64,000 nucleotides of DNA from Spirogloea muscicola (taxonomy: Eukaryota): assembly GCA_009602725.1 (NCBI GenBank), contig WELB01000004.1, positions 1,097,457 to 1,161,456 on the forward strand, written 5' to 3'. The first letter of the stretch is position 1. Each line of letters opens with the position of its first letter. The position numbers were made by a program, and so were the translations under genes. The notes beneath the pieces were generated by a model, which worked only from the letters and a program-made list of their open reading frames with translations, ran no database searches and was not told the origin of the DNA. Below, piece after piece: positions 24,731 to 36,999 of this stretch.

Positions 24731-25532
24731 AGTATCACAGCACTGCTTGTAGAAGTTGGCATTCACTTTCAGTTAATATGCTCATGTATACTTGAACAGA
24801 TCACAATTTTGGCCGTCAATTCTTTACAGCGCTCCTGTGAGGGTAGATCAGTCATGGTTATTAATTTCCACATGCGCAACATTTTGACTGATCTTATGTG
24901 TCATGTATATGGTCGCATGAAGTGAATCCTGTCCCCTTAGGAACAAATGTTTTAACAACTGTCTAACTGAGGTCTAAACACTGAGATACATCGACCAAAA
25001 AGACCAGAATACATTGCATCATTGTGGTCTTGCGAGAAAGGAATGTCTTCTGGACTCAACTGCCAGTGTCACACACAGCATTGAGAAACTTTGACCAGTC
25101 AAGCTGCACACATCAAAAGTGGCAACGCTGCCAAGATCGCAGTACCGTCAACTTCAGGCAAATTCAAGATGACCCGCTTTCTGCCGACCTTGCAGACATC
25201 CTGGACTACATACAAAAATCAAGAGATGAGTTGACTGGCACTATTGTGGCCAGGTCAAATAGGTTCCAGTGGGGTCGAACACCTAGGTGTACATATGAGA
25301 AAGAGGAAGTCCGCGTACAAAGGTTGCGCTGGCTGCCACCAGCATCTGCTTTCAGAGAGCATTGACACCGTAACTCTGCATCCTTGATCGCTGGTGGTGG
25401 TCACAACCCATGGGCCCAATGATCAGCTAATTGCAGCTGATATCTCATTGACACCCTGCTATAGTGGACAGTTAACAAGCTTGTCCCAGCCACTGGAGCT
25501 TGCTGTGGCAAGAAGCCCGCCTGCCCGTCGAG

Positions 25533-26261
25533 TCACTGGGCGGCCGCGAGCGACGGCACGGGCATGTTGAGCGCCTTGCGGAGCTTCTCGACCTCGAGGT
25601 AGGCGGTGCCGTAGGGCAGGAACTCGGCGGCGTACTGGTCGGCGCACTTGTGGACGGCCTCCGCCAGCCGCCCGATCTCGGCCACGTCATCGGGCGTGAG
25701 GTCGCGGACGTAGCGCGCGGGGCAGCCGGCCCAGAGCTGGCCGCCGGGGATGCGGCGGCCGGGCGGCACGACGGTGCCGGCGCGCAGCACGGCGTGGCGC
25801 TCCACCAGGGAGCCCTCCATGAGGACGCAGCGCTCGCCGAGCACCACTTCGTCGTCGATGGTGCAGGAGCGCAGCGTGCAGGCCGGCGCCACCGTCACGT
25901 ACTTGCCGACGACGGCCTCCGCCGAGAGGCCGGTGGCCGGCGCGGTGCCGGCGGCGGCGTGCACCACGCAGCGGTCGCCCAGCGAGGAGTAGGCGCCGAG
26001 GACGACGGCGTTGAGGTCGCCGCGCAGGACGGCGCCGTGCCAGACGGAGGCGCGGTCCTGGACCTCCACGGCGCCCACGAGCGTGGCGGACGGCGCCACC
26101 CAGGCATCCACCGCCACGTCCGGCACGACGTGCTTCAGGACCACCACCTGCCGGTGGCCCGCCCACGGCTCCGGCGCCAGGCCGTGCAGGGCCGCGGCGC
26201 CGCGCCGCCGCGGCAGCGCGCGGCGGGCGCCGCGGGCCAGCGCCCGCAGCGCCTGCGCCAT
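25533..26261 (-). CDS. GAMMACAL: Mitochondrial gamma carbonic anhydrase-like protein (complex I CA domain), intronless
   Basis: Arg/Ala presequence, hexapeptide LbH repeats, VWHGAVLRGDLN and the CAL-type C-terminus EFLPYGTAYLEVEK. Confidence 0.9.
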   Translation of the reverse strand: MAQALRALARGARRALPRRRGAAALHGLAPEPWAGHRQVVVLKHVVPDVAVDAWVAPSATLVGAVEVQDRASVWHGAVLRGDLNAVVLGAYSSLGDRCVVHAAAGTAPATGLSAEAVVGKYVTVAPACTLRSCTIDDEVVLGERCVLMEGSLVERHAVLRAGTVVPPGRRIPGGQLWAGCPARYVRDLTPDDVAEIGRLAEAVHKCADQYAAEFLPYGTAYLEVEKLRKALNMPVPSLAAAQ

Positions 26262-26394
26262 GGCGGCGGGGAGCTCGGGGGCGCCCTCGCCTGAGCCCTG
26301 AGCCCTAACCCTAACTCCCAGCCCGGCACCTCGGCGACGCCCGAACCCCGTTGTCGGGCGCCCCGGCCCCGGCTGCCCGACGGTCCTCGGCCCN

Positions 26395-29300
26395 AGGCGG
26401 CGGCGCTCGCGGCGCTGGCCGCGGCGCTCCTCCTCGCCGGCCTGCCGCGCGGCGCGCTGGCCTTCAAGGAGCAGGAGTTCCGCAAGTGCGAGCAGGCCTA
26501 CTTCTGCCGCACCAACCGTGACCGCACGCCCGGCAACTGCACGCTCGCGCTCGTCTCGAGCGCGCTCGCCGCCGACGGCCGCTTCGTCGGCAAGCTCGCC
26601 GACGCCGGCGCCGGCGACGGCGTGGAGCTCGACCTCGAGCTCAGCGCGTACGCCGACGGCATCCTGCGCGTCAAGGTCGACGAGGTCCCCTCCAAGAACC
26701 GCTTCCAGGTGCCCGACGTGCTCGAGCCGGACCTGGAGACACGGCGGGTGCCTTTAGCACCGGGCACCAGGAAGTTCTCAGTGGTAGTCGACCCCACGCC
26801 CCTCATGTTTGGCGCATACACCATTGATGTCTTCCACAAGGTGCGAATGATGCTGCCGCAGTTACTGCTCCTCAAGCCGTCAATTTCTTTGAAAACGGGT
26901 CGATGAATTGTTGACATTCTTTCTCATGTCATATCTCTTGAATCCTTTCGCACTATATTCTTGAACTGCCTTTGTTGTGCTTCTTATAACCAGCAGATTG
27001 CTCGGGTATCTTTATGTTTCTGCATTAGCCTCTGCTATGTGACTTGCATTCCAGCTGAGCTTGTCCTGCGTACATCTGAATGAGCTGAATGTGCAGATAT
27101 TGCATGATGTAGGAGACGTCATGTACGCTGACTGAAGCCCTCTGGCACCTCGTCTGCAGCCCTTCTCTCTCACAGTCTCAATGGACGGCCAGCCCATCAT
27201 GGGCTTCAATAAGCGGGGCCTCTTCCACTTTGAGCAATTGAGGGGCAGTAAGCAGGAAGGCGATCCAGCCGACATGTGGGAAGAGACCTTCCGTTCTCAT
27301 ACAGGTGACCAATTTGCCCTTCTCAAGCACTGTGTTCCCTTGGCGATGGCCTTGATCAGGATGTAAAGTACTGCAAGGAGTCATGGGACCAACATGTGCT
27401 GCTGTTAGAGCATTTTGTGTTTGGTCAGTAACTGACGTTGCCACCTGCAAACTGCAACTTCCGAGATGAAGTGGGTGTGTATAGGCATTCCTCAGCCCAG
27501 TGAGCTACTAGATTGCTGGTGTTGTGTACAAATTCACTCAGATTCTAAGCCAAGAGGACCTGCTTCTATCTCCTTTGACCTTTCATTCTATGATGTCGAG
27601 CACGTTTATGGTATCCCCGAGCGAGCAACAAGCTTGGCCCTTAAGGTGCAATTTTCCTTCAAAATCCAGATTTGTCCCCCAAGTTGGCTTCACCCATATC
27701 TGTGATAAGCTGCTGAGCTTGCAGCTTATACGTTGTTGAAGAGGACTGCATATGACCACTCTCTGCTGCATGCTTGAGGTTCTCTGATTCAGTAGTCTGT
27801 CTGCTGCAGCCGACCAAGGGCCCAGGCTTAGACTCGGAACCTTATAGATTGTTCAACCTGGACGTCTTTGAATACATGAGCGAATCACCATTTGGGCTGT
27901 ACGGGTCCATTCCATACATGCTGAGCCACAATGCAGAGCGTACTTCTGGCTTTTTCTGGCTCAATGCTGCGGAGATGCTCATTGATGTCCTCAAGCCTGG
28001 GTGGGACGACCAATCTCCACAGGAGGGGGGCCCGGTAGACCCTCAGCCTGAAGCACATGAGTCTTATACGCAATGGACGAGTGCACGTCAAATACCTTCT
28101 GACACCATTAGCTGAACCTGCTGTTCATAGATTGAGTCGCACTGGATCAGCGAGAGTGGCATACTGGATACCTTCTTCTTTCTGGGGCCAAGCCCCCAGG
28201 ACGTGATGCGGCAATATTCCTTAGTGACGGGCCCCACAGCCTTGCCTCAGCTGTTCTCTGTGGGCTACCATCAGGTCCACATCTTGGGCACCGTAACCTC
28301 TAATCGGATGGTCGAAGCTGCTCTATGGCAGTCGCTTCTTGATGCTTTCCAGAAACTGTTGTGGCGGCCTGGGGCCTGGGGCCAAAGAGGTACCGCGGGG
28401 CTGTGTCTGAGGTCAATTGACGCACTTGGCTCAGGCTTTGTCCCAGTGATGCCCCATGTGACGGCAATGAGCTGGTTGCAGTGCCGGTGGAATTACAAGG
28501 ACGAGGCGGATGTGGCTGCAGTGGATGAGAATTTTGACCACTATGATATACCATGCGATACGATTTGGCTTGATATTGAACACACAGAGGGCAAGAAGTA
28601 CATGACCTGGGACAAGGCCAACTTTCCCAACCCTGTGGAGATGCAGGTATAGAGCACAACCCATGACCAGCCATGTCACCAATTTGTGACTTAGTAGACT
28701 TGGATCAGATGTACTGTGTAACAAATGACAGCCTTGTTCCACCTTACTGTGATGCTAGTCAATGGTGTGAAGAGCTTCTCGGCATCAATTAAGTTGATCA
28801 GGGTAAGCGTCTCTACAGCATTTTCTATTTGGTGCTTTTTTGAATCGCTGGATATGGAGTTTTACTATGTCCATGTTTGAATTTCTTCAGAATAAGATCG
28901 CTGCAAAAGGGAGGCACATGGTGACAATTGTGGATCCTCATGTGAAAAGAGAGACTGGATATAACCTCCACGAGGAGGCAACTTCCAAGGGCTACTATGT
29001 CAAGGACGCATCTGGCAAGGACTATGATGGTTGGTGTTGGCCGGGCTCATCGTCCTACTTGGACATGCTTGACCCCGCCATTCGGTCATGGTGGGCTGAC
29101 AAGTTTTCTCTGGCAAACTACCCTGGATCGACTCCAATTCTCTACACCTGGAACGACATGAATGAGCCCTCTGTGTTCAACGGGCCCGAAGTGAGTGGCT
29201 CAAGTCAACCAACTGTGGATTGTCATTTCTACGGGCTTTTGGTCAAGTAGAACAAGCACATCATCTAGGACCGGCTATCTGGAACTAGCAAACCTATGTG

Positions 29301-31329
29301 ATGTGGTACTTGATTAATCTGGCAAGGTAGCACCCCTTTGCGCAACTCCATAGTGTCCCTGGATTTATACTTATGACTAATACTTATACAACAATCATGA
29401 GGCCTGTCTTTGCAGGTCACGATGCCACGGGACAACCTCCACTTTAGGAAGGTGGAGCACAGGGATGTACACAACGCCAATGGATACTACTTCCATCTTG
29501 CCACTGCAGAGGGCCTCAAGAGGAGAGGCGGCAACAACGACCGCCCATTTGTGCTGTCTCGGGCTGTATTTGCAGGCTCCCAGAAAGTGGGGCCCATCTG
29601 GACGGGCGACAATTCGGCTGACTGGAGTCACCTGAAAGTGTCAGTGCCGATGGTCCTGACGCTTGGGCTCGCTGGCATGGCCAACTCTGGTATGTACAGT
29701 CACGTCCATTACTCATGCAGCCAGTCTTTGCCGCCTGTCCCAGGCTGTTGCCGTGTAGCAATACCCTGTCTAGTCAAATTTATAGTGACAGCCACTTCGG
29801 TTGCTGCCCTGTGCAGGTGCAGATGTTGGTGGCTTTTTTGGCAATCCTGACCCAGAGCTGCTAACTAGATGGTACCAGCTTGGAGCTTTCTATCCGTTCT
29901 TCCGGGCTCATGCACACCTGGACACCAAGCGGCGCGAGCCGTGGCTCTTTGGGTATGACCTGTAGCAGCATGTCAGTACTGTCAATAGCCATAGTCTGGT
30001 ACATCATTGCAGCTTAGTCATGGGAGCATGTGAGCACTTATGTATTGCTGTAATTGATGTTAGTCTTAAGCATGGCCACACTCTCAGATGGCAGCAACGC
30101 CCAACTGTCTGCACAATCTGCTCCCCCATTTTATGTGGCCTGTGATTGATTTCATTTGCCAGGGAGCCTTACACAAGCGCCATTCGTGAAGCCGTGCGTC
30201 TACGTTATAGTCTCCTCCCATACTTTTACACATTATTTAAGGAAGCAAGCCTGACAGGAGTCCCCATCTTGCGACCCCTCTGGATGGAATTTCCCCAGAA
30301 CGAGCACACCTTTGAAAGAGACGTGGACATGATGGTCGGGAGAGCTCTGTTGATGAAGCCCATCGTGGAGCATGTATGTGGCCTCGAACATTCTGGTTGA
30401 TCAATATATGCTGCTGGAGATGGATGAAGTACCCCAGTGTCATGCTCCACAGCATTTTCTTTCCGTTGCCTGGAGCAACAGGCCCCGAGCTGACACGTAT
30501 GCGATGGCTGTTCTGCTTTTCCAGGAAGCCAAGTCATACTCGGTCTATCTTCCTGGACCAGAGGACTGGGTTGACTACTGGACTGGAGCTACTTACCGCC
30601 ATGGATATTACGAGTCTCTGGAGGCAAATCTTCAGACCATCCCTGTCTTTCAGCGGGCGGGCACTATCATTCCAAGGAAGGATCGTCCAAGGAGAAGCTC
30701 AACCCAGATGGAGAAGGACCCATTCACGCTGGTACTCACTTCAAGCGACCTACTTGCTGCCATTGAAGGAATGTTGCTCTCACTTGCTGATGTGCACATG
30801 GAGCAGCTATTGGGCACATGGCGTGCCATCAAGGTTGATGCACACGAAAGTTGAAGAGTACACAGGGCCCTTGCCTTGCTATCATTAGCCAGTGTTTGGC
30901 AACTCAAGATGATGCTTCAAGGTGCTGTGTGGTTGTCAGGTTATTGCTCTTAACTCCACCTTGGAAGCAGAGGGAATGCTTTATCTTGACGATGGGAAGA
31001 CCTACGACTTTGAGAAGGGTGCCTTCATCACCCGCCGCTTCACTTTCTCTCGAGGTCGGCTCCGGAACATGGACGGTGCCGTGCACGGCAGCAGTGGGAA
31101 GGGGTACAGCTCGGCCTGCAAGGTCGAGAGGATAATCCTCAGCGGCATCCCGGAGCAGGACCTGAAGAACAGCCACCATCAGCGGGCACTGATTGAGGGC
31201 AGTGACGAGCAGCTGGATGAGGAGACAGGGCCGAGGCTCCTACGTACTGGAGCAGCTCAGGGTTCCCTAGTTGTTAGGTTACCAAATGTTGGTGTAGCGA
31301 GCGACTGGAGCATTCAGATTTTACGATGA
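26395..31329 (+). CDS. GANAB: Glucosidase II alpha subunit (GH31); start codon obscured by the N at 26394
   Basis: Signal peptide, then [28 protein letters not shown], nucleophile motif [14 protein letters not shown], acid/base WTGDN and [19 protein letters not shown]. Multi-exon, stop at 31329. Confidence 0.95.
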
Positions 31330-31610
31330 CAAATACCACAATTTTAAACCCTACCTCACTATCCTACCAGCGCAGATCAATCATATGCAGCGGGCGTTCA
31401 GTAATGACTGGTTAAGCCTGCCAAGTGAGAGCCATTAGCTTACGATGGAAGCCACTGGAAGCCGCAATGTAAATGTGAATGAAAGAATGACTGCAGTGCG
31501 AACTTGAACAGGGGTTCAAATTGTATCACCCCGAGCATGGTAAGCCAGTACACCCACCAACTCCTCTTATGACGGACTTCTGTGGGAGCAAAGAGAGGCT
31601 GTCTATCCCA

Positions 31611-32890
31611 TCAGCGTTGCTGTTGGGACAAGAGGACAAGAAGACCCTGGGGCCCCAGCAGGACCTCATTCACGAAGCTCATGAGCGCAACCCAGATGAC
31701 CGGCGACACATCCACTCCGCCTACCGGTGGTATAAGCCTCCTGGTGGGGCCAAGCACAGGCTCGGTAGGGACATACGCTACCGAGTACGGAAGCTTGTTA
31801 ACTGGCAAGCTGGGGTACCATGACATAACAATCCGGACTATGAAGAGAAAGTTGAGGCCCGCAATGAAGGGTCCCAGGATGGAAGAGATCACCTTGGCGC
31901 TGCCTGCACGGCAGGTGTTGTGATCAATTGGCAGACAGGCTGGTCATGCAAAGCACTATGTAGCAGAGCTACATGACAACACTGTGTGCTGACTCTGAAG
32001 CTGTAACCTCATAAAAAGAAGAGCAAATGATACCAACCTGGGTCGAGGTCACCCAGCAGAAAGAGAGAGCCAGTAGCTGCTGCGGTGGACAGCCACAGGC
32101 CCTCTGTCAGCGGCCTGCTGGCTTCGCCTGCCAGTGCGGCCGAGGACGGAAGCAGCGTCAAAGCTGACAAGGCCACTGCCGCTGCGCCGCCGGTTGCCCA
32201 AGGCTTGGGTGAACGCGTTGAGCACTCTACAGGATCCGCTACCAGCTGTCAAGCATCAAATAGTTCTTTAAATGCTGTGAGCTGGGCACAAGCAAGCACA
32301 GGCCTATCAACAGTCATCAGCTGAGCTGCAGTGCTCAGCACAGAACCATGTTGAGGCTGCACAAGTGCTTGGCGTTAGCGACAATAGCGGCAATAGCTTC
32401 AGAGATGAGCAAGGAGCTCGTCAAGCATCAATACAGGGCTGCTGCTCCAGCCCAGACGTCAGGCACCATAATTCAATTCACCTGGGCCAGCTGAACATTC
32501 CCGCCTTGACCTGGCTGTGCACGCGTTTTCTCGTCCTCCGGCTTCTCCGTGGCGCTAGCCATGCAGAATGCCGTAGGGCTGCCGCACACCACAGCCAGAG
32601 GGCAAGGCAGTAGGGCCATGAGCAAAGTAAACGACGATGACTGCTCACTGGCCTGCAGTGGCTGGGTTTCTACAGGCGCAGCCGGTGGGGCCGTGGGTTG
32701 GCTCCTCTCTGCTCGAGGGATGTCCTGAGCCGCCCGAAGGGAGTGCAGTAAGCAGGGCCAGCGCCGGCGCTCACAATCGGCGTGGCAGCGGCAGAGCAGC
32801 CGTGGAAGGCCACCTCAGCGGCCGCCGTCTCCGCTGCAACCGGGCCGCCACCGCAGGAGCAGCGGCGCCGCGGCCCGCGAGGAGCGGCAT
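31611..32890 (-). CDS. CCB3: Plastid YGGT-family cytochrome b6 heme ci assembly factor
   Basis: The last exon reads FIVRIVMSWYP...PTEPVLGPTRRLIPPVGGVDVSPVIW...EVLLGPQGLL. Upstream exons give a transit peptide from ATG 32890; the start is less certain. Confidence 0.85.
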
Positions 32891-33198
32891 GGCGGCCGTC
32901 GCAGCCGCCTCAGCGCCGCAGCGGCCACCGGCGGTCGGCACAGACGCCTCCTCCAGGCAGCTGGGCGCCCACAAACCCGTTGACGTAAGAGCGAGCTTGG
33001 ACTGGTCGTTCCCGAGGCACAGATGAAAAGGCCAACGGTAAAGAAGCAAGGGCTGACTGGCAATGTCACCGGCAAGTTGTAGGCGCAGCTGCGGCGACGG
33101 CGGCGGCGGCGGCGGTGGCGGCCATGGCACTTGCAGACGGCGGCCAGAGAGCAAAGCGGGGAAAAGTTGACTGGTCGACCTGGCGCGGCAGGCCCGCT

Positions 33199-33271
33199 TG
33201 GCCCCATCGGGTCTCGAACCCGAGACCTTTTGCGTGTAAAGCAAACGTGATAACCGCTACACCATGGGACC
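33199..33271 (-). tRNA. trnV-UAC: tRNA-Val(TAC)
   Basis: 73-nt cloverleaf with acceptor GGTCCCA/TGGGGCC-A, anticodon arm TTTGC-TT-TAC-AC-GCAAA and T-loop GGTTCGAGACC. Confidence 0.95.
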
Positions 33272-33714
33272 CCAGGCTGGCACAGGATTCTGGTAGCAGG
33301 CAGCGAAGTTGGCAACTAAAACATATAACCAAGCGGAGCGGGTATGTAAGTTTCATACTTACCAATTTAAGCGAGTACTCTGTTTTCGGCAAAAGCTATT
33401 GCAAATAGAGGGTCTATGTAAAAGGAAGCCCTATGCGAAGGGGTGTTAGGGTAACTGTGTGACGTCAACACCAACGAGGAGCAGATCCGGCAGGCTAACT
33501 TGGGGAAGCTGGAGAGCCGAACGAGTGGCCTGACTTAGAGTGCGCCCAGCACGCTAATGAGTATCCAGAGCTTGGGAGCTGCAGATTAATCGAAGAGGGC
33601 ATTCTCTGATGCAACTAATGCCTGCGGAATGCTGGTGTGCCCCAAGCTGCTCCTCCCAACTGCGACGACGCGTCTCAATAGCAAGGCCAGATGCTAGCGA
33701 AGGATGACCGTTTC

Positions 33715-34045
33715 TTATGGTAGCCACCGTGACATCAATAGCGTACGGGTAGAAGTGGTCTCCTCCGGGGTGGTCCTTGGGATGCCCCTTCTTTTTGTGC
33801 TCCGCGCTGTTCGTTCCTGGAGAGGCACAGTTGACGTGGGTGCTCCAGCTTTGATTGCGTCAAGACTTTCAACGTCCAGGAGCAGCCGGGCCCACTGGGG
33901 GGTGGCGACCACGTCCAGTCGCCGCACGTATGGGCTTGCCGCGCCTGTAGGAGACTGGCATGACGCCGGAGACATCCATTGCTGGATGATATTTCGCCTC
34001 GCACACACATCCAAATATAGCATCTCTGAGTGAGTGGGAGGTAAG
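33715..34045 (-). mobile_element. Decayed RLE endonuclease fragment of a CRE-like LINE
   Basis: THSLRDAIF...DVSGVMPVS..KPYVRRLDVVATP..RLLLDV (frameshifted) follows the HxxRD...RxD...LDV motif order. It is homologous to 48410-48620. Confidence 0.65.
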
Positions 34046-34269
34046 GTGCGCATGGTGCGCATGAAATGAAAGGAGGGCAAGCCAAGCTACTATACTGGTA
34101 CGCACTGTGGATGTCTACGGCGGCCTCGCCTCCTTCTCTGGCCCAGCTCATTGAATGTGCGCCGTCTTTGTGGAGAGGGGACCTTGGGCTTGCTAATGTT
34201 GCGCAGATGATAGTCGGTGTTGCAGGTTGCGGCTCTCACTTACCTTACAGCGGTCCCAAGCTCTAGCCA

Positions 34270-36430
34270 TTCAATCACAGCCCTCGCCCTCTACTAGCTT
34301 CTTCAGGCCCCTTCTTCTTGCCCATTCGTAGCTCCTAAGCGCTTTTTGGCCCCTTCGAACCTTTGTCAATCCTTTTCGGGCCGGCTTATCACACCCCTTG
34401 CCCCTTGCGCAGGCCGAGCTTTGGCGGCCGCCTCCGGCTTTCGTCACGGCGACGTCTTTCCGCCGGCTAGCTACTTAGACTTGCATCTCCTGACTAGAGA
34501 TTACTGAGCGTTCCCTGGCTGATGTCTTATTCCTAGTCCTTCGTACTCCGGCTCCTTCAGACCTTGTCCATTCCTTTGGGCTGGCCTTTCCCAGCGACCA
34601 GTCAATCTGGCCGCCCTTCCTTCTTGCCCCCATTGGGAGTGCCACTTCTTCTAGTGGAAGAGACTCTTCTTTCTTTGATAGAGCTGCTTCTCACAGACCT
34701 CAGAAAGTGGCTCTCCATGACAAGGGCTGGAAAGCGCTATTTTCAGAAGAAAGAGCTCGCCCATAGAAGAGAGGGGCTGGCCGAAGCCAGCCAAAAAAGA
34801 ATGGACAAAATCCAAAGAGCTACAACAGGTGCCGAAAAGAAGGGAAACACACAGCTAGGCATCTAGACAACTAGACATGACGAAACCACAGGAAGCTCAA
34901 TACCCTCGGGTGAGCAACATCAGGTCAGAGTAGCTCGAAGCTGGAAAAGATGCAGGCAGACGAGACCCGGAAGCAGCAACAAGAGCACGGCCCGCGCGCG
35001 AGTGGACGGCATGAGCGAGGGAGCGTTGAAGCGACACGGAGAGCCGCATCCGGAAGACCTGGGCCAGGGAGCCGGCCGCGTTGAAGCCGGGCAGCCCCCT
35101 TGGCCGCTCCATAGCCTGCCGGGCAAGCCGCTGGAGGAGATCCAGCCAGCCGCTGCCATAAGCCCCGTGGACGTCTATGGCAAGGGCCGCGAACTCATCG
35201 CCTGGGGGGTGATCTGTATACTAAATAAGACCTCGCCCCCCTTGGAAGAGCTGCTTATTGAAGGAAGCGCGGCCAGATTGACTGGTGGCTGGGAAAAGCC
35301 AGCCCAAAGGAATGGACAAGGTCTGATGGAAAAATTTCGTGTATAAGAAACAAATGTAGGCCAAATGGCCAAGTACAAAGGCAAGCACATCTAAAGATCG
35401 AGAAGGAGAAAGTGCTCGCCCATCGAGGATAGGGGCTGGAAAAGCCAGCCCACGAAAGAATGAACAGAGTACGAGAAGGGGGACTGGGTTTAGGGTCTCT
35501 GATTTGCGGCTGCTTGGCAGGGGTTACTGAGTAATTTGTAGCTGCTTTCTTTCTTTGTGTGCTTTGGTTTCTTAGCGCTTCCTCTGGCTTCCTCTGGCCC
35601 CCTTCTCGTTCTTTGTTCATTCTTTTTTGGGCTGGCTTGTCCAGCCCCTATCCTCAATGGGCGAGCCCTTTCTTTCTGACTGGGGAAGCGCAAAGAAAAA
35701 CAAGCACACAAAGAAACAAACCAGCTACGAATCACTCAGTAACCCCTGCTAAGCAGCCGCAGGTCGGAAATGCTAGGCTCCTGGAAGTGGGTCCCCCCTG
35801 GCGAAGAAGAAGGCTCGCCCATAAAGAAAGAGCGAGAGCCAGAGTACGATTATTGTGGAAGAGGAGAGAGGAAGACTTGCGTGTATTGAAACGATGGAAG
35901 TGCCAGAGTGGCCAAGTACAGCGGCAAGCACATCTGATGACGTACGAGAGAGAGGGAGGCCAAAAGCAAGCCAGTAGATTGGCTTTGGGAAGGAAACATC
36001 TTGGAAGAGCTGCCCTCTGCTCCCCGCCGCCGCCGACTAGCTCCACACTCCCACAAGCGTCCCGCCGCCGCCGACCGCTGACCGCCGCCATCGCCGCCGC
36101 CGCCGCCGCTGCCGCCGCCGCCGCCGCCGCGCGCGGCGCGAGGCTCGAGGGGGCCTCACATCGGCGGTCTCCGGACGCCCTAACCCTACTTCTGCTTAGG
36201 CCGGCCCTGGCCTAAAGAAAATGCGTGTATATTAAGAGATGGGGAGGCCATGTGTGGCCAAGTACAAAGGCAAGCACATTGGACAAATGTACGTCACCTG
36301 CTGCTAAGCTGACCCGCTCAGTAACCACGAGTCAGCACATAGAGGTCGCTAGCTGACGCTCGAATACCGGACGGCAATTGACTAGCTCTTGTGCCAGCAG
36401 CTAAGGCTCGACCAGCTTTCTGATGCAGAG
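34270..36430. mobile_element. Cluster of RLE-LINE 3' fragments
   Basis: ORF termini have stops at 34507 and 35530 (+) and 34897, 35736 and 36318 (-), with the same UTR modules as the other clusters. Confidence 0.7.
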
Positions 36431-36433
36431 CAT

Positions 36434-36606
36434 NNNNNNNNNNNNNNNNNNNNNNNNNNNNNNNNNNNNNNNNNNNNNNNNNNNNNNNNNNNNNNNNNNN
36501 NNNNNNNNNNNNNNNNNNNNNNNNNNNNNNNNNNNNNNNNNNNNNNNNNNNNNNNNNNNNNNNNNNNNNNNNNNNNNNNNNNNNNNNNNNNNNNNNNNNN
36601 NNNNNN
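36434..36606. other. Assembly gap
   Basis: Run of N. Confidence 1.
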
Positions 36607-36999
36607 CCCCCCTCCCTGCCTCCCCCCCCCCCCGTCTTCCGGGGCTCCGTTAAATACAGTCTTATATCATATCAGATATGTTCTAGATATACTTGTATCC
36701 ACTTGTTTCATGTTATGATTTTGGTCATACATATACATTTGTATGCACCTGGCTGGCTTTTACAGCCGCTCTTCTAATATTAGCAGCCGCATTCGTCTTC
36801 TTATTGCAACAGTCTTCCAACGCTCTGCCTGTCTCAAATGAAGTTCTAACGATGCAAATCATATAGTCAACATTCATCATACACAAATCTGCTGCGGCCC
36901 CCTACCCACAGTGACTCAAGCTGATGCGCCAGCAAGCTGAGCTTCTCGAGCCACGCATCTGCACCAGCGCGCCAACGCTTCCACTGCCCATTGCTGCAG

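Noticed and set aside
33199..34045. tRNA-targeted insertion of the RLE element
   Set aside because: The fragment is about 450 bp from the tRNA, and homologous pieces occur far from any tRNA.
4440..36430. Recurring GGGCTGGC..CAGCC hairpin as a CRISPR array or REP-like repeat
   Set aside because: Spacing is irregular, both orientations occur, there are no cas genes and the context is eukaryotic. LINE 3'UTRs explain it.
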